The notes under the pieces are model-generated. The model did no database searches. It was given only the letters and a program-made list of their open reading frames with translations, and was not told where the DNA came from. Shown one piece after another: positions 31,601-38,828 of a DNA stretch of 40,471 bases (positions are counted from its first letter, which is position 1; each line of letters begins with the position of its first letter). The stretch lies in NCBI GenBank assembly GCA_964447985.1, contig CAYUVE010000002.1, positions 1-40,471 on the forward strand. The letters run 5' to 3'. A program made the position numbers and the translations under genes. Source of the stretch: an uncultured Thiotrichales bacterium. Lineage in GTDB: Bacteria > Pseudomonadota > Gammaproteobacteria > GCA-2400775.

Positions 31601-33760
31601 ATCAACATCAAGACCTTCTGTTGCAATATTCTCACGAGGATCAATAAACGTTCCACTAGAAGCAACAAAATCTTCCTCTATCGCGAGCCTGTCGATATAG
31701 AAAAATGGGATATCAATTACAGTATCAATCTCGCTAGTACCAGTATCCGTAACACTCAAACCAAATACGCCGACACGTCCATTCCCAACATCTATACGTG
31801 GTTCGTTGTTAATAGGCGGTTCAGAAGGGATAACAGTTGCTTCGGCGTCATTAAAGGTAAGATTAAAGTTATTACTTTGTGCTGTGCCAAAATCAGCAAT
31901 GGTGATGGAACCTGAATTAGCGCCATCGTTGATTAGTACAACTAAGCCACCTGTGGTGGAGAGCACGTAACGGATGCGCTCATCATTATCATCTTGATAA
32001 ACGCTGGAGCCGACTTCGACTTGTGTCGCTGATGTCAGTTGTTGGCCGTCGATAAAGAGGTTATTAATGCCTTCTGAATCGCGGATGGTGTCAAAACCAT
32101 CACCGGTTTCATAAAAATAATTATCGTTACCGGCACCGCCTAATAAGGTATCGCGGTCTTGTCCACCATAGAGGTCATCATTACCTTCGCCGCCTTCTAA
32201 GGTGTCGTTACCGGCTTCGCCGTGGAGTTCGTCATTATCATCACCACCGAATAACCCATCATTGCCACCACCGCCAAACAGATTATCTTCACCCTGGTTA
32301 CCGTGAAGTGTGTCATTACCATCCAGCAAGGGATCTGAAACTGTTTGGAAGTCTCCGTAGATGGTGTCATTACCGTCAGAACCCAATATGAAATCATTAC
32401 CTTGTTCTCCGGTTAAAATGTCATCGCCACTTGGAGCGTTGGTTATATCACCGCCGTCTATTCGATCATCACCAGCACCACCGCGAATCTGATCGTTACC
32501 GGCGCCACCACGAATCACATCGTTATCTTCATCACCGAAGATAAAATCAGCACCGGCCCCACCATAGAGCAAATCTTCCCCACTACCGCCTTGTATTGTA
32601 TTAGCGCTATTGCCACCGACTACAACGTCATTACCCGCACCAGCGATAACCGATGCGGCATCAGAATTAATAGTATCCGCGTTAGCCGTGCCCTCCGATA
32701 CGGGCCGATTTTCAAGTGATGCAAATGAGGTTTCACCTACCAAAGGCATGTTGTTAGAAAAAATACCATCACCATCAAAAGCACCAGACTCTGTGCTTTC
32801 TGTCAACGACACTCGAAGTTCGACAAGAAAATCTCCGAATATATTTTCAGTAATGGCAGCAATAGGACTAAAGTTTTGAACAAACGATAAAATATCGTCA
32901 ACATCAATGATATCAAGCGGGTCATTCTCAAATATCCCGACCGTTTTGCCATCGGAATCACGAATAACGGTAGTTATCTGACCGTCGGGGGTTTCTACTA
33001 TGGAAAAACCCTCCCGTCCCTCATAGTCAGACAAGCGTCCCGCGAATACTTCAGACGGTAGACTGGATAAGAGTGTGACCAAAGCACCTTGAGAAGGCCA
33101 ATACTCGTTAATAAAATCATCAACTGAATAGTTGTCATCTTGAACTACGCGAATAATGTCATTAAAGAACTGTTCGGCGCCGCGACCAATCGCGTCAAGC
33201 GCACTGTCAAATACATCACCTAATTCTGTAGGTGAATTACCAAACTCAGCCTGTAAGGCCTCTCGTTGGCTTTCAGCATCGGCCGAAGCCGCTGCACGAT
33301 CCGCATCACTACGCAACCAAAAGAAAAGATTGCCAGGGAATAAATCTAACAGTTCTGCATCAATCCATGCTTGTCTAGCGCTGTTTATAAAACGATCCTC
33401 ACTAATCAGCCCAGTCCCTGGATCAATTCCTGACATTTGCGGAGCAGGATCGATACTTTCTCTAATAGCTCTCAATGCTCTCTCTGCAACATCTTGAGAG
33501 AGTGAATAAACACCCTCATATCTATCAGGATTTAAAGCTTGCAATACAGCATTAGATAAAAATGCTACCCCACCAGGCGTGGCGCTAAATGTAGAAATTT
33601 GACCCTGCAATATTGACTGCCGATTACCAGTTATATTGTAATAACCAATATAAAAGCCACCTCTATCCCCTGCGCTTAGAAAGCTCTGCAAATAAGCCAG
33701 TTCTTCTTGTGTTAAGGCAAAAGTATCTGCATCGATTACACCTTTATTAATGGACTCCAT
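19664..33760 (-). CDS. Giant T1SS-secreted RTX protein (~4,698 aa): unknown N-terminal domain, many GGxGxD Ca-binding repeats, a dystroglycan-type cadherin/Ig domain, 13 cadherin-like repeats and a C-terminal secretion region
   Basis: Dozens of GGxGNDxLxG nonapeptides; LIDGSPLPDWLSF domain (~28140-28400); APVAVAD...LLAND.D..GD.L repeats; C-terminal IDQLVAAMSAF. ATG at 33760 with SD GGGAGAG; hlyBD upstream. Confidence 0.92.
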   Translation of the reverse strand: MESINKGVIDADTFALTQEELAYLQSFLSAGDRGGFYIGYYNITGNRQSILQGQISTFSATPGGVAFLSNAVLQALNPDRYEGVYSLSQDVAERALRAIRESIDPAPQMSGIDPGTGLISEDRFINSARQAWIDAELLDLFPGNLFFWLRSDADRAAASADAESQREALQAEFGNSPTELGDVFDSALDAIGRGAEQFFNDIIRVVQDDNYSVDDFINEYWPSQGALVTLLSSLPSEVFAGRLSDYEGREGFSIVETPDGQITTVIRDSDGKTVGIFENDPLDIIDVDDILSFVQNFSPIAAITENIFGDFLVELRVSLTESTESGAFDGDGIFSNNMPLVGETSFASLENRPVSEGTANADTINSDAASVIAGAGNDVVVGGNSANTIQGGSGEDLLYGGAGADFIFGDEDNDVIRGGAGNDQIRGGAGDDRIDGGDITNAPSGDDILTGEQGNDFILGSDGNDTIYGDFQTVSDPLLDGNDTLHGNQGEDNLFGGGGNDGLFGGDDNDELHGEAGNDTLEGGEGNDDLYGGQDRDTLLGGAGNDNYFYETGDGFDTIRDSEGINNLFIDGQQLTSATQVEVGSSVYQDDNDERIRYVLSTTGGLVVLINDGANSGSITIADFGTAQSNNFNLTFNDAEATVIPSEPPINNEPRIDVGNGRVGVFGLSVTDTGTSEIDTVIDIPFFYIDRLAIEEDFVASSGTFIDPRENIATEGLDVDLTELSFLDYPSVPVSRSNLSRLVNIFLSDEGISIDATAILLDRFNGDFTVGPGFSGNDNVGDIIRGSVLGDINLLGHGGDDQLFGLEGADVLVGGDDSDYIEGGEGNDEIIGGFGADNLSAFFDENGRLRRVGPGVEFTSEAVIGTQVDGEFVPINGSVDSVTETFSGTDIVRSRVLHLRESEDSVDTLLGQEGDDFISGREGNDLLDGGLDNDSLFGGDGNDNLVGGGGNDELFGDSDFARYFSQDFDQSVTIALNIVGLPEGVLLDLGLDEINQAEEGVSYDDILLAGDGNDILHGEIGDDILQGEQGDDQLFGDRRVVPISVFGETLFASRLDPLLHGNDTLSGGEGNDELFGQGGDDTLIGGADNDLLLGDDVILTNDLSSSVLEGQFHGNDFLDGGSGDDQLFGGGASDTLIGGDGVDRLFGDNQATDSVFDNDDLAGEFHGNDFLDGGAGADQIVGGGGNDTVLGGAGNDEIDGDDGVNFDVHGRDTIDGGDGNDFITGGGNDDVIAGGSGDDQIIGDGSFLNSRGEVAVAAEFHGDDEIDGGAGNDTIFADGGSDTILGGSGDDQIFADGGYNTIGDDTDGVVNFQTFSDAVVDTAFHGNDTIQAGEGNDTVEAGSGDDIVEGEAGNDTLYGGAGNDVLVGGEGNDLIVGGEGNDQLIGGTGSDSILGGDGDDVLIGGASSTGVTQYLAGQAGEDTYIYQAGDGPTIINDVEGWNRLEINGTNFFQVTSIGDSTIVALSADGADRIQFDNGSFQFFSEILVNGQQQNAFTIGGTSDTDRLIGGPSNNTFNVPSGTQNITITNNTLPGSTDVVILPLDLPSSFMPSPFDPDGQNLINSFLTIGHNNDDIVLAISPSTITGGRIDPQGQNNPLNARFITLENFLAEDGASVIDRLEVDPGPAFERNFIFDSSDIIEAAFTGDAGNNTFQGTSRADVISGLGGPDTLEGNEGDDELLGGSGNDTYLYSLGDGDDVIDDVSGTDILLFSDVLSSEVTLTETVSGLLFSISQNGEQVGSILLRNSVNNPSNQLERIEFSDTVLDGVDEINNFITGNRIQTLNSIVGDRDIILTQEFVLTLPDDLFLDESGNTLDVSVTLIDGSPLPDWLSFNSETLTFSGVPGVNDAGDVELVLTGSNGNINQFALLTLDAPDEVISVNDLVPDNFGVFDAPDADIAVLGTGEDEGIRGSFTDDQIIGGGGSDNLFGGFGGNDTLIGSGDLSGGTGDDLLIENVGGSDDELDGGGGNDVLITNGGNDILSGDNSSFGAGGSDTFIIAEASGRDIVRDFVGANDRIILPEGISLSDFTARVSRDVDGIPNSVGNESLVLEAEQFNYQLILSGFLGSFDLLSASSPDSPDRVEMIEFANGDVLTRADLLSFLSQATDGNDILYGFTDQDDSLSGLGGDDVIFGIGGSNTISGGEGNDTLNGGSDNDQIFGGDGNDILRSVEFTTFNRSRNDLAQDLLDGGAGDDQLIGDRGDDTLIGGSGNDILLGDFGADLLEGGSGNDELDGGRGGDADILSGGDGEDILRFDNLDQVDGGAGNDTFILTNSSLNGELTFLEDFTSGSLDLSSLSDVEFFRVGSDLLVTSSSPNSLDGLTLRNWFNGEANQISQIITSTTTYSAADINNLFADGVATTSSGEIIGSSSRDFVEGSVSADTITGGADNDYLVGGDGNDVLDGGAGLDLIDAGGGDDTILLSSGNDVIEGGDGFDTLVATTGNDVINLSSLGNADNITLSGIERIDGGDGFDTVNNPGITNLEFNNIEEVTGITVDLSGATVDQGLVIRGRNITGSNLDDSIFLESSQFDSSVSGGSGDDVITLSTARQEEVFDSFFTSGIEQVADTRVNGGEGFDELRIQNDYRVINLDGLYRDVVGIENIIGIGGNHEFAVEYIGGTATDVFNTDFSGVVAENISFQIGQVLGGSSNLRDNQIFNGQANFTGSDSDDAITVQFVRDTDVRVDGGLGDDVIIIRDDHTVVFSTIENEIIRNSTLSIETNISLVEGGFNLADVTLSRVNDDLIISVNGTTNQITYENGFRNDSAFATIQFVDQTLTSTDINDVIANGGGNPNIAPVAVADSFTGTEDQALVINVADLLANDTDANGDSLSIVDVSNATNGSVSFDAQNQTITFTPDANYNGSASFDYTISDGVLTSTASVAIDITAVNDAPVAGDDTGVTDQDTAITLTFAELLSNDSDIDGDALTISSVGNAQNGTINLDNIAQTVTFTPDAGYFGPASFDYTISDGELSDTGTVNLTVNEEVNIAPVAVVDSFTGTEDQALVINVADLLANDSDANGDSLSVVDVSNATNGSVSFDTQSQAITFIPDANYNGPASFDYAISDGALTSTSSVTIDITAVNDAPVAGDDAGVTDQDIAITLTVAELLSNDSDIDGDALTISGVGNAQNGTISLDSVAQTVTFTPDAGYFGPASFDYTISDGELSDTATVNLTVNEEVNVAPVAVADSFTGTEDQALVINVADLLANDTDANGDSLSVVDVSNATNGSVSFDTQNQTITFTPDANYNGPASFDYTISDGTLTSTASVGIDIAAVNDTPVALDDNLNVNEDTALSGNVLLDNGEGADSDVDGDSLSVDTTPVTGPANGSLSLNSDGSFVYTPNEDFNGTDSFTYQVDDGNGGVDTATVTINVSAVADAVDDTQITDEENASLINVLANDSFGPNASVSAISQGSNGSVEIIGNGQVRYTPDAGFNGADSYTYTVTTAAGDTETAAVNVVVNAVNDGPNAIDDAVTTDEDQAVVVDVLSNDSDIDGSTLIVTQVTDGANGSAQVNADGTITYTPNANFNGSDTLSYTIADDQGALDTATVTITVEPVNDSPVTTDDTAVTDQDTAITLTFAELLSNDSDIDGDALTITAVGNATNGGVSLDLINQTITFTPDAGYFGPASFDYTISDGELSDTGTVNLTVNEEVNVEPVAVADSLTGTEDQALVINVADLLANDTDANSDSLSVVDVSNAANGSVSFDAQNQTITFTPDANYNGPASFDYTISDGALTSTASVAIDIAAVNDAPVATEDTGITDEDTAITLTFAELLSNDSDIDGDALTITEVSNAVNGSVSIDAQSETVTFTPDASYFGPASFDYTVSDGDLSDTGTVNLTVNEEANVAPVAVADSFTGTEDQALVITAAELLSNDSDANGDSLTIADVSNATNGSVSFDTQNQTITFTPDANYNGQASFDYTISDGALTSTASVAIDIAAVNDAPVTTDDTGITDEDTAITLTFAELLSNDSDIDGDALTITDVSNAVNGSVSIDAQSETVTFTPDADYFGPASFDYTLSDGELTDTGTVTLTVNEVVDTGPLLDARDDVDVISPFEVSSGNVISGVGAEPFFEQARGTDITSDGARVNQITYRGLVLDLDITVPPAPTGVSEQVELTRRANVDASQLSLSSPDGGIRFDNRGSIRGAGVGNNKLNSGETIVIDFDPQDLPSGVENVELTFNDLGGSDQVRITARDINGSVLSEFERTGLGGNNTPDIVNLNNISGIASIAITQLTGFDSNIRTISYDPSATIVGGSEGSLSYIYSTEVDSNGESVTEVTITDSADSTSLSFRSDGLYAFTSVPPSAPMAISVDTISQTNVDAADFDLSVLSGGSALAFATNGGNSGFSQDGVGVAGGNTELLNAGEALRIRFDDQLTPNGVNNVSLRLSDFESGNGDAVTINVTHDSDNNGSDELTPLQVSATNGDSNESVDLSSFTNVSQIDITHASGFEVGLSNVSYIQPSITPTGTESEIIDYVLTDITGQTDSARLTISTVENTINGTSASDTITGDARNNAIDGSAGNDSASGNGGQDTISGGFGNDTLNGNDGDDILNGNNGDDVLRGGRGRDVLIGGEGSDQFIFAAGDGQDVIDASDSSSQSQETLTLEGINQDELWFSRSNNDLLIDVNGSSDQVRINSYFVGDTYQIDTLTTDDAVLSSGQIDQLVAAMSAFGASQSGGDVTSTATQDEQQAVITAAS
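21650..25390 (-). repeat. Intragenic array of 13 cadherin-like repeats (~96 aa each), with a 579-bp A-B dimer unit
   Basis: Order A B A B A C D E B A B A B in the translation; near-identical DNA blocks at 21783 and 22362. Boundaries are approximate. Confidence 0.85.
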
Positions 33761-34469
33761 TATTGCTCTCCCTATTTTCAACATTAAATGGTTTTGTATA
33801 ACTATCTAAAACGGCAAATACTTTGGCATCAATATCTCGCCAATTTTCTAAATGAGTTCTTGAATATGTGTATTGAACACTTATGCCTTTATAAGCTGTC
33901 TCAACAGTACAGTTCTTATAGCATGCAATTTTTAACACTCGGCCATCTCCTAGTTCTGGTGATATATAATCCTCCAACCTAGAAAAAGATGGGCAATTCG
34001 CTTTAATCTCACTTAATGGAGTATTCAACGTATACTTAAAACTGCGTGGACAACGAGGATGTTTATACCAGCTTAAATTAGAAGGTGTCTTTTTTATAAA
34101 CACATATCTTCCGATAAGCTTATTTTTTTTTTCACGTTTATAATTTGCAATTTTTATGTGCAACCTTTTATTGCGATTTTCTTTTCCTATTCCATAGATA
34201 TAGTCATAACCTTCAATTTTTCTACGGATGGTAATGCATTCACTTAGACATTCACCCAGTTGTGTCTTCCACAAATCATCTATCGGAATTCGATATTTTC
34301 GTACATCATTTTCTTCACCAATAGTTTTCAGGCTAATCACTTGATGTGTTTCTCGGCTTTCCGAAACTCTCTCTTCCTCTGTGATATCACCACATGCTGA
34401 TAGCACTAACAAGCTGATGATAAACAACAAGCTTATGGTTTTGCTTTGCATATCGCTAAATAAATTCAT
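33747..34469 (-). CDS. Cys-rich lipoprotein of unknown function, overlapping the RTX gene start
   Basis: Lipobox LSAC-GD; Cys pairs CLSEC and CYKNC; SD GAGG; 3' end overlaps the RTX ATG by 14 nt. Confidence 0.8.
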   Translation of the reverse strand: MNLFSDMQSKTISLLFIISLLVLSACGDITEEERVSESRETHQVISLKTIGEENDVRKYRIPIDDLWKTQLGECLSECITIRRKIEGYDYIYGIGKENRNKRLHIKIANYKREKKNKLIGRYVFIKKTPSNLSWYKHPRCPRSFKYTLNTPLSEIKANCPSFSRLEDYISPELGDGRVLKIACYKNCTVETAYKGISVQYTYSRTHLENWRDIDAKVFAVLDSYTKPFNVENRESNNGVH

Positions 34470-34516
34470 AGCCTTTCCTCAAATGCTGCTATCAAAAACG
34501 GATAGCTATCACAACC

Positions 34517-35255
34517 TTATAAAGGGACTCCATTACTGCTCTCCCTAATATCAACATTAAATGGTTTTGTATAACTATCTAAAATGGCAAATACTTTGGC
34601 ATCAATATCTCTCCAATTTTCTAGATGTGCACGCGAATACACATACGTTATTCCTATCCCACGGTATGCTGTTTCCGCAGTACAGTTTTTAGCACATCTA
34701 AATCGTATAATTCTTCCATCTTCCAGTTCGGGAGCTAAAAAATATTCTGTTGGCGAATAAGAGGCACAACTTTGTTCTATCTCTTCCAGTGGAGTATTCA
34801 ACGTATACTTAAAACTACGCGGACAACGAGGGTGTTTGTATCTACTTAGACCAGAGCCAGTTTCTTCGATAAAAACATACTGACCGATAATTTTCTGTTT
34901 TTTCTTTTTCTTGAAACTCCATATCCTGAGACGAAGCCTCTTATTTTTTTTCGTTTCCTATTCCGTAGATAAACTCGTAGCCTTCTATATTTGGACTTAC
35001 TACAATGCAGTCCGCAATAGCACACTCTCCTTTTATCGGTTTTTGTAAGTCTTCTATCGGGATTCTATAACTTCGCACATGATTTTCTTCGCCAACAGTT
35101 TTCAGGCTAATCACCTCATGCGTTTTTGGAGGTTGAGAAACGCTCTCTTTCTCCGAGCTATCACCACACGCGGTTACAGAAAATAAACTTGCCAATACCA
35201 TCAAACCAAATCGATGGAGCACGTAATCTCTTTTTAAACGTTGTATTATCTTCAT
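34517..35255 (-). pseudogene. Paralogous lipoprotein gene split by a frameshift in an A8 run
   Basis: ORF 34941-35255 (lipobox VTAC-GD) and ORF 34517-34801 match the N- and C-halves of 33747-34469. Removing one A at 34944-34951 gives one 245-aa frame that includes YKHPRCPRSFKYTLNTPL. Confidence 0.8.
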
Positions 35256-35259
35256 AATA

Positions 35260-36642
35260 TTATCTTTCCCTAATACTCTCCTGCTTATATCTCAGTAGCG
35301 GAGAGAGAAAATATTCGATCAAGCGTCGTGTGCCGGTCTTAACTTCAACAGCGACAGACATACCGGGTGTGAGATTGACTAACTTGTCATTAATCTGCAT
35401 TTGCGTATCGTTAAGTTTGACTCTGGCGGCATAGACTAAACCTAGGTTTTCATCACTAATCGCGTCGTTGGAAATATCGATGACTTCGGCATCAATGACA
35501 CCGTATTTGGTGAAGTTAAAGGTATCGATTTTGACTTCGGCGATCTGGCCTTCGTTGACAAAGCCGATATCTTTATTGAGTATTAAGGCTTCGGCTTCTA
35601 GCTGGGTGTCCTCCGGTATGAGGACCATCAGTTCTTGTGCTGGGGTGACGACACCGCCTATGGTGTGTACTTGTAATTGCTGTACGGTGCCGGTGATCGG
35701 AGCATTAAGATGAGTCATGCGGTTGCGTTGGCTGGCTTTGATTAGCTCTTGCTCTAATGCTGCCACCTGTAAGGTGGTTTGTTGTAATTCATCCAGTATG
35801 ATGCGTTGTTGTTCTGAGGTGAGGGTGTTGATCTGTTCTTCGATGGCGCTCTGACTAGCTTTGAGTTGGCTGACGCGGGCGCGCTCGATTTTGATGTTTT
35901 GTTCTTCTTCGATGTATTGTTGTTTTAGCTCTAGGTATTCCAATTTGGAGCTGTAGTTTTTGGCGTGCAGTTGCTCTAGCGCATCGACGCGCTCTTTTAG
36001 AATGGGCATGGTGCGTTTGAGTTTTTCGACTTCGCCTTGTGCCATACGCACTTCGGCTTGGGTGCGCTGACGTTCACTGATTAGGGTTTGGTAACGCCCT
36101 TGAAATTCTTCGACTTGTCTTTGTAATAATCTGTTGCTGAGTGTTTGTCTGTTATCGTCATCTTGTATTGATGGCTTGGTGATGGTGTTGTTAGGTGTTT
36201 CTTTTTTGTTTGTACTTGCTTTTGCCGATAGCTGTTGCTGCATTAAGGTATCGAGTTTTTCTAACCGTGCGAGATTAGTCTTGGCAGCGGTAAGTTCTTT
36301 ATCAAGCCTGTCGGCATCGGCCTGTGCCTGGGTATTATCCAGGGTAATTAAGGCACTGCCTTGTGTGACAAGCTGGCCTTCTTTTACATGTATGGCCCGT
36401 ATGGTGGCGGCCTCTAGTGGCTGTATGGTTTTTATGCGATCACTGGGGATCAGTTTACCTTGGGCCACAGCGACGACATCTATCTTGCCATACCAGGCCC
36501 AGATGGCGGCTAATACGAAGAGCAGGCAGATGACATAGACAATGGCCCGGCCCATAGGGCGCGGTGGGGTTTGCTCTAATTCTATCGCTGCTGGTAGAAA
36601 GGAACGTTCATCTGCAAGTTTCTTATAATTCAGAATGCTCAT
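35260..36642 (-). CDS. hlyD: HlyD-family type I secretion periplasmic adaptor
   Basis: FLPAAIELEQTP, one TM helix, coiled coil, APITGTVQQL..HTIGGVV, NKDIGFV, FNFTKYG, YFLSPLLRYKQESIRER. Confidence 0.95.
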   Translation of the reverse strand: MSILNYKKLADERSFLPAAIELEQTPPRPMGRAIVYVICLLFVLAAIWAWYGKIDVVAVAQGKLIPSDRIKTIQPLEAATIRAIHVKEGQLVTQGSALITLDNTQAQADADRLDKELTAAKTNLARLEKLDTLMQQQLSAKASTNKKETPNNTITKPSIQDDDNRQTLSNRLLQRQVEEFQGRYQTLISERQRTQAEVRMAQGEVEKLKRTMPILKERVDALEQLHAKNYSSKLEYLELKQQYIEEEQNIKIERARVSQLKASQSAIEEQINTLTSEQQRIILDELQQTTLQVAALEQELIKASQRNRMTHLNAPITGTVQQLQVHTIGGVVTPAQELMVLIPEDTQLEAEALILNKDIGFVNEGQIAEVKIDTFNFTKYGVIDAEVIDISNDAISDENLGLVYAARVKLNDTQMQINDKLVNLTPGMSVAVEVKTGTRRLIEYFLSPLLRYKQESIRER

Positions 36643-38828
36643 GCCACGTCCTCGTCGCCATTTTGATAGGCATGTAGCTGAGCATAATGTCCGCCTTTAT
36701 TGAGTAAGGTGAAATGATTACCTTGCTCGATAATACGGCCTTTATCGATGACGATTATGCGATCGGCTTTACGCACTGTGGATAATCTGTGAGCAATGAT
36801 AAAAACGCTACGGCCTTGACATATGGCTTGCATATTATCTTGTATGATGCGTTCTGATTCGTAATCCAAGGCGCTAGTGGCTTCATCAAAGATTAAGATG
36901 CTGGGGTTGGTGATTAAGGCTCTGGCGATGGCGATACGTTGTTTTTGTCCACCGGATAAGACGGAGCCTTGTTCACCGACGGAAGTGTCATAGCCTTCGG
37001 CCAGCTCTAAGATAAATTCATGTGCACCGGCAAGTTGGGCGGCACGTACGACTTGCTCCATGGGGACACCGGGATCAGCCAGGGCGATATTGTCTTTTAC
37101 GGAACGGTTAAAGAGGAAGTTTTCTTGTAATACCACGCCAACTTGCCTGCGTAACCAGGCTGGATCAACTTGTGCCAGATCAACGCCGTCTACCAATACC
37201 CGACCTGATTCCGGTACATACATACGCTGGATCAGTTTGGTTAAGGTGCTTTTCCCTGAGCCTGAGCGTCCGACGATGCCGATAACCTCGCCGGGTTTAG
37301 TTTGTAGTGCAATACCGTTCAGTACCGGTGGCCGCTCGGGATGATAACGAAAGGTGATATGGTCTAGTGTGACTTGACCTTTTAAGGCTGGCAGGCTGGT
37401 GCGGTTGGGGTTATGACCGGGCTCGGTGGGGGCATTGAGGATATCGCCTAGGCGTTGCACGGAGATACCGGCTTGTTGAAATTCCTGCCACAGTTGGACT
37501 AATTTTAGTATGGGGCCACTGACGCGCCCAGCGATCATATTAAAGGCGATAAGTTGTCCTATGGTTAAGGCGCCTTTGATGACTAAGGTGGCTCCGACCC
37601 ATAAGATAAGTACGGTAACGACTTTATTAATAAAGCCTGCGGTTTGATTAGCAATATTACCCAGATTGGCGGCTTTAAATGATGAGGCGACGTAGGCAGC
37701 CAGTTGTTCTTCCCACTTACGTTGCATCTGTGGCTCGACGGCCATGGATTTTAGGGTTTCAACGCCATTGACAGATTCGGTTAGGAATGCCTGATTGGCA
37801 GCGCCGCGCTTGAACTGCTCATCAACACGATTCCGCAGTATGGGGGTAATGACGATGGACAATACGATATAAAATGGTATAGAGGCTAAGACGATATAAG
37901 TTAAAGTCGGGCTATAGAAATACATGACGCCGAAAAAGACGAAGGTAAAAAACAAATCTATCACCAAGGTTAGAGCTGAGCTGGTGATGAAGTTACGTAT
38001 GGTATCGAGCTCGCGTACCCGGGCGACGATATTGCCGACTTGACGTGCCTTAAAGTAATTTATAGGCAAACGCATCATGTGGTTAAATAGTTTGGCACCC
38101 AAGGTCACATCAACGCGGTTGGTGGTATGGGTAAAGACGTAGGTACGCAGTCCGTTTAATACAACATCAAACAGTGCTATGGCCAGCAAGCCAATGGCCA
38201 GGACATCGAGTGTGGTGAGTCCTTTATGAACTAAGACTTTATCGATGACGACCTGGAAAAAGAGCGGTGTCATCAAGGCAAAGAGCTGAATAAAAAAGGA
38301 AGCTAAGATGACTTCGCCTAGGAGTTTTTTGTATTTCAGTATGGAGGGGATAAACCAACTAAAATCAAATTTACCTTCTTCGTTGCCTAGTAAAGATCGC
38401 TTGGTAAATAAGACGAGTTGGCCGGACCAGCGCTGTTCTAGCTCGGTTAAGGTAATACTTTCTGGTCGGCCAACGGCTGGGTTTTGGATTAGGACTTTGT
38501 CTTCATTGATCTGGGCCAGGACAAAGAATTGCCCTTCTTTATCCATCGCGATAGCAGGTAATGGTGTTTTGTTAAGTTTTTTGATCGATGAGTTGATTTT
38601 TCTCGATTTGAGGCCGAGGCGGCGTGTGGCGCGGACGATGGTATCAATACTAAATCGCTCACCGGATACACCATACTGATGCTGGATTTGCTTATGATCA
38701 GCCGCCACTTGATGGTAGCGCGCTAATAAGATCAGGCAGGCGAGACCCGTATCAATTTTTTTCTCAGACTGATCATTGACGGCCTCAGCAACAGAGGCAT
38801 TTTGTTGAATGACGGTACTCACGGTCAA
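36639..38828 (-). CDS. hlyB: HlyB-family type I secretion ABC transporter (C39-like domain, TMD, NBD)
   Basis: DTGLACL C39-like N-terminus, PLFFQVVIDKVLVH, Walker A GRSGSGKST, LSGGQKQRIAIARAL, FDEATSALD, IAHRLS; ATGA overlap with hlyD. Confidence 0.96.
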   Translation of the reverse strand: MTVSTVIQQNASVAEAVNDQSEKKIDTGLACLILLARYHQVAADHKQIQHQYGVSGERFSIDTIVRATRRLGLKSRKINSSIKKLNKTPLPAIAMDKEGQFFVLAQINEDKVLIQNPAVGRPESITLTELEQRWSGQLVLFTKRSLLGNEEGKFDFSWFIPSILKYKKLLGEVILASFFIQLFALMTPLFFQVVIDKVLVHKGLTTLDVLAIGLLAIALFDVVLNGLRTYVFTHTTNRVDVTLGAKLFNHMMRLPINYFKARQVGNIVARVRELDTIRNFITSSALTLVIDLFFTFVFFGVMYFYSPTLTYIVLASIPFYIVLSIVITPILRNRVDEQFKRGAANQAFLTESVNGVETLKSMAVEPQMQRKWEEQLAAYVASSFKAANLGNIANQTAGFINKVVTVLILWVGATLVIKGALTIGQLIAFNMIAGRVSGPILKLVQLWQEFQQAGISVQRLGDILNAPTEPGHNPNRTSLPALKGQVTLDHITFRYHPERPPVLNGIALQTKPGEVIGIVGRSGSGKSTLTKLIQRMYVPESGRVLVDGVDLAQVDPAWLRRQVGVVLQENFLFNRSVKDNIALADPGVPMEQVVRAAQLAGAHEFILELAEGYDTSVGEQGSVLSGGQKQRIAIARALITNPSILIFDEATSALDYESERIIQDNMQAICQGRSVFIIAHRLSTVRKADRIIVIDKGRIIEQGNHFTLLNKGGHYAQLHAYQNGDEDVA

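Noticed and set aside
32900-32935. FrpC-type self-processing Asp-Pro site (ENDPLDIID) in the RTX protein
   Set aside because: It does not continue as the DPLxLDLDGDG self-processing module.
20139-33497. Many short overlapping ORFs, mostly plus-strand and rich in S/P/L
   Set aside because: Shadow frames of the Gly/Asp-rich RTX and cadherin repeats.
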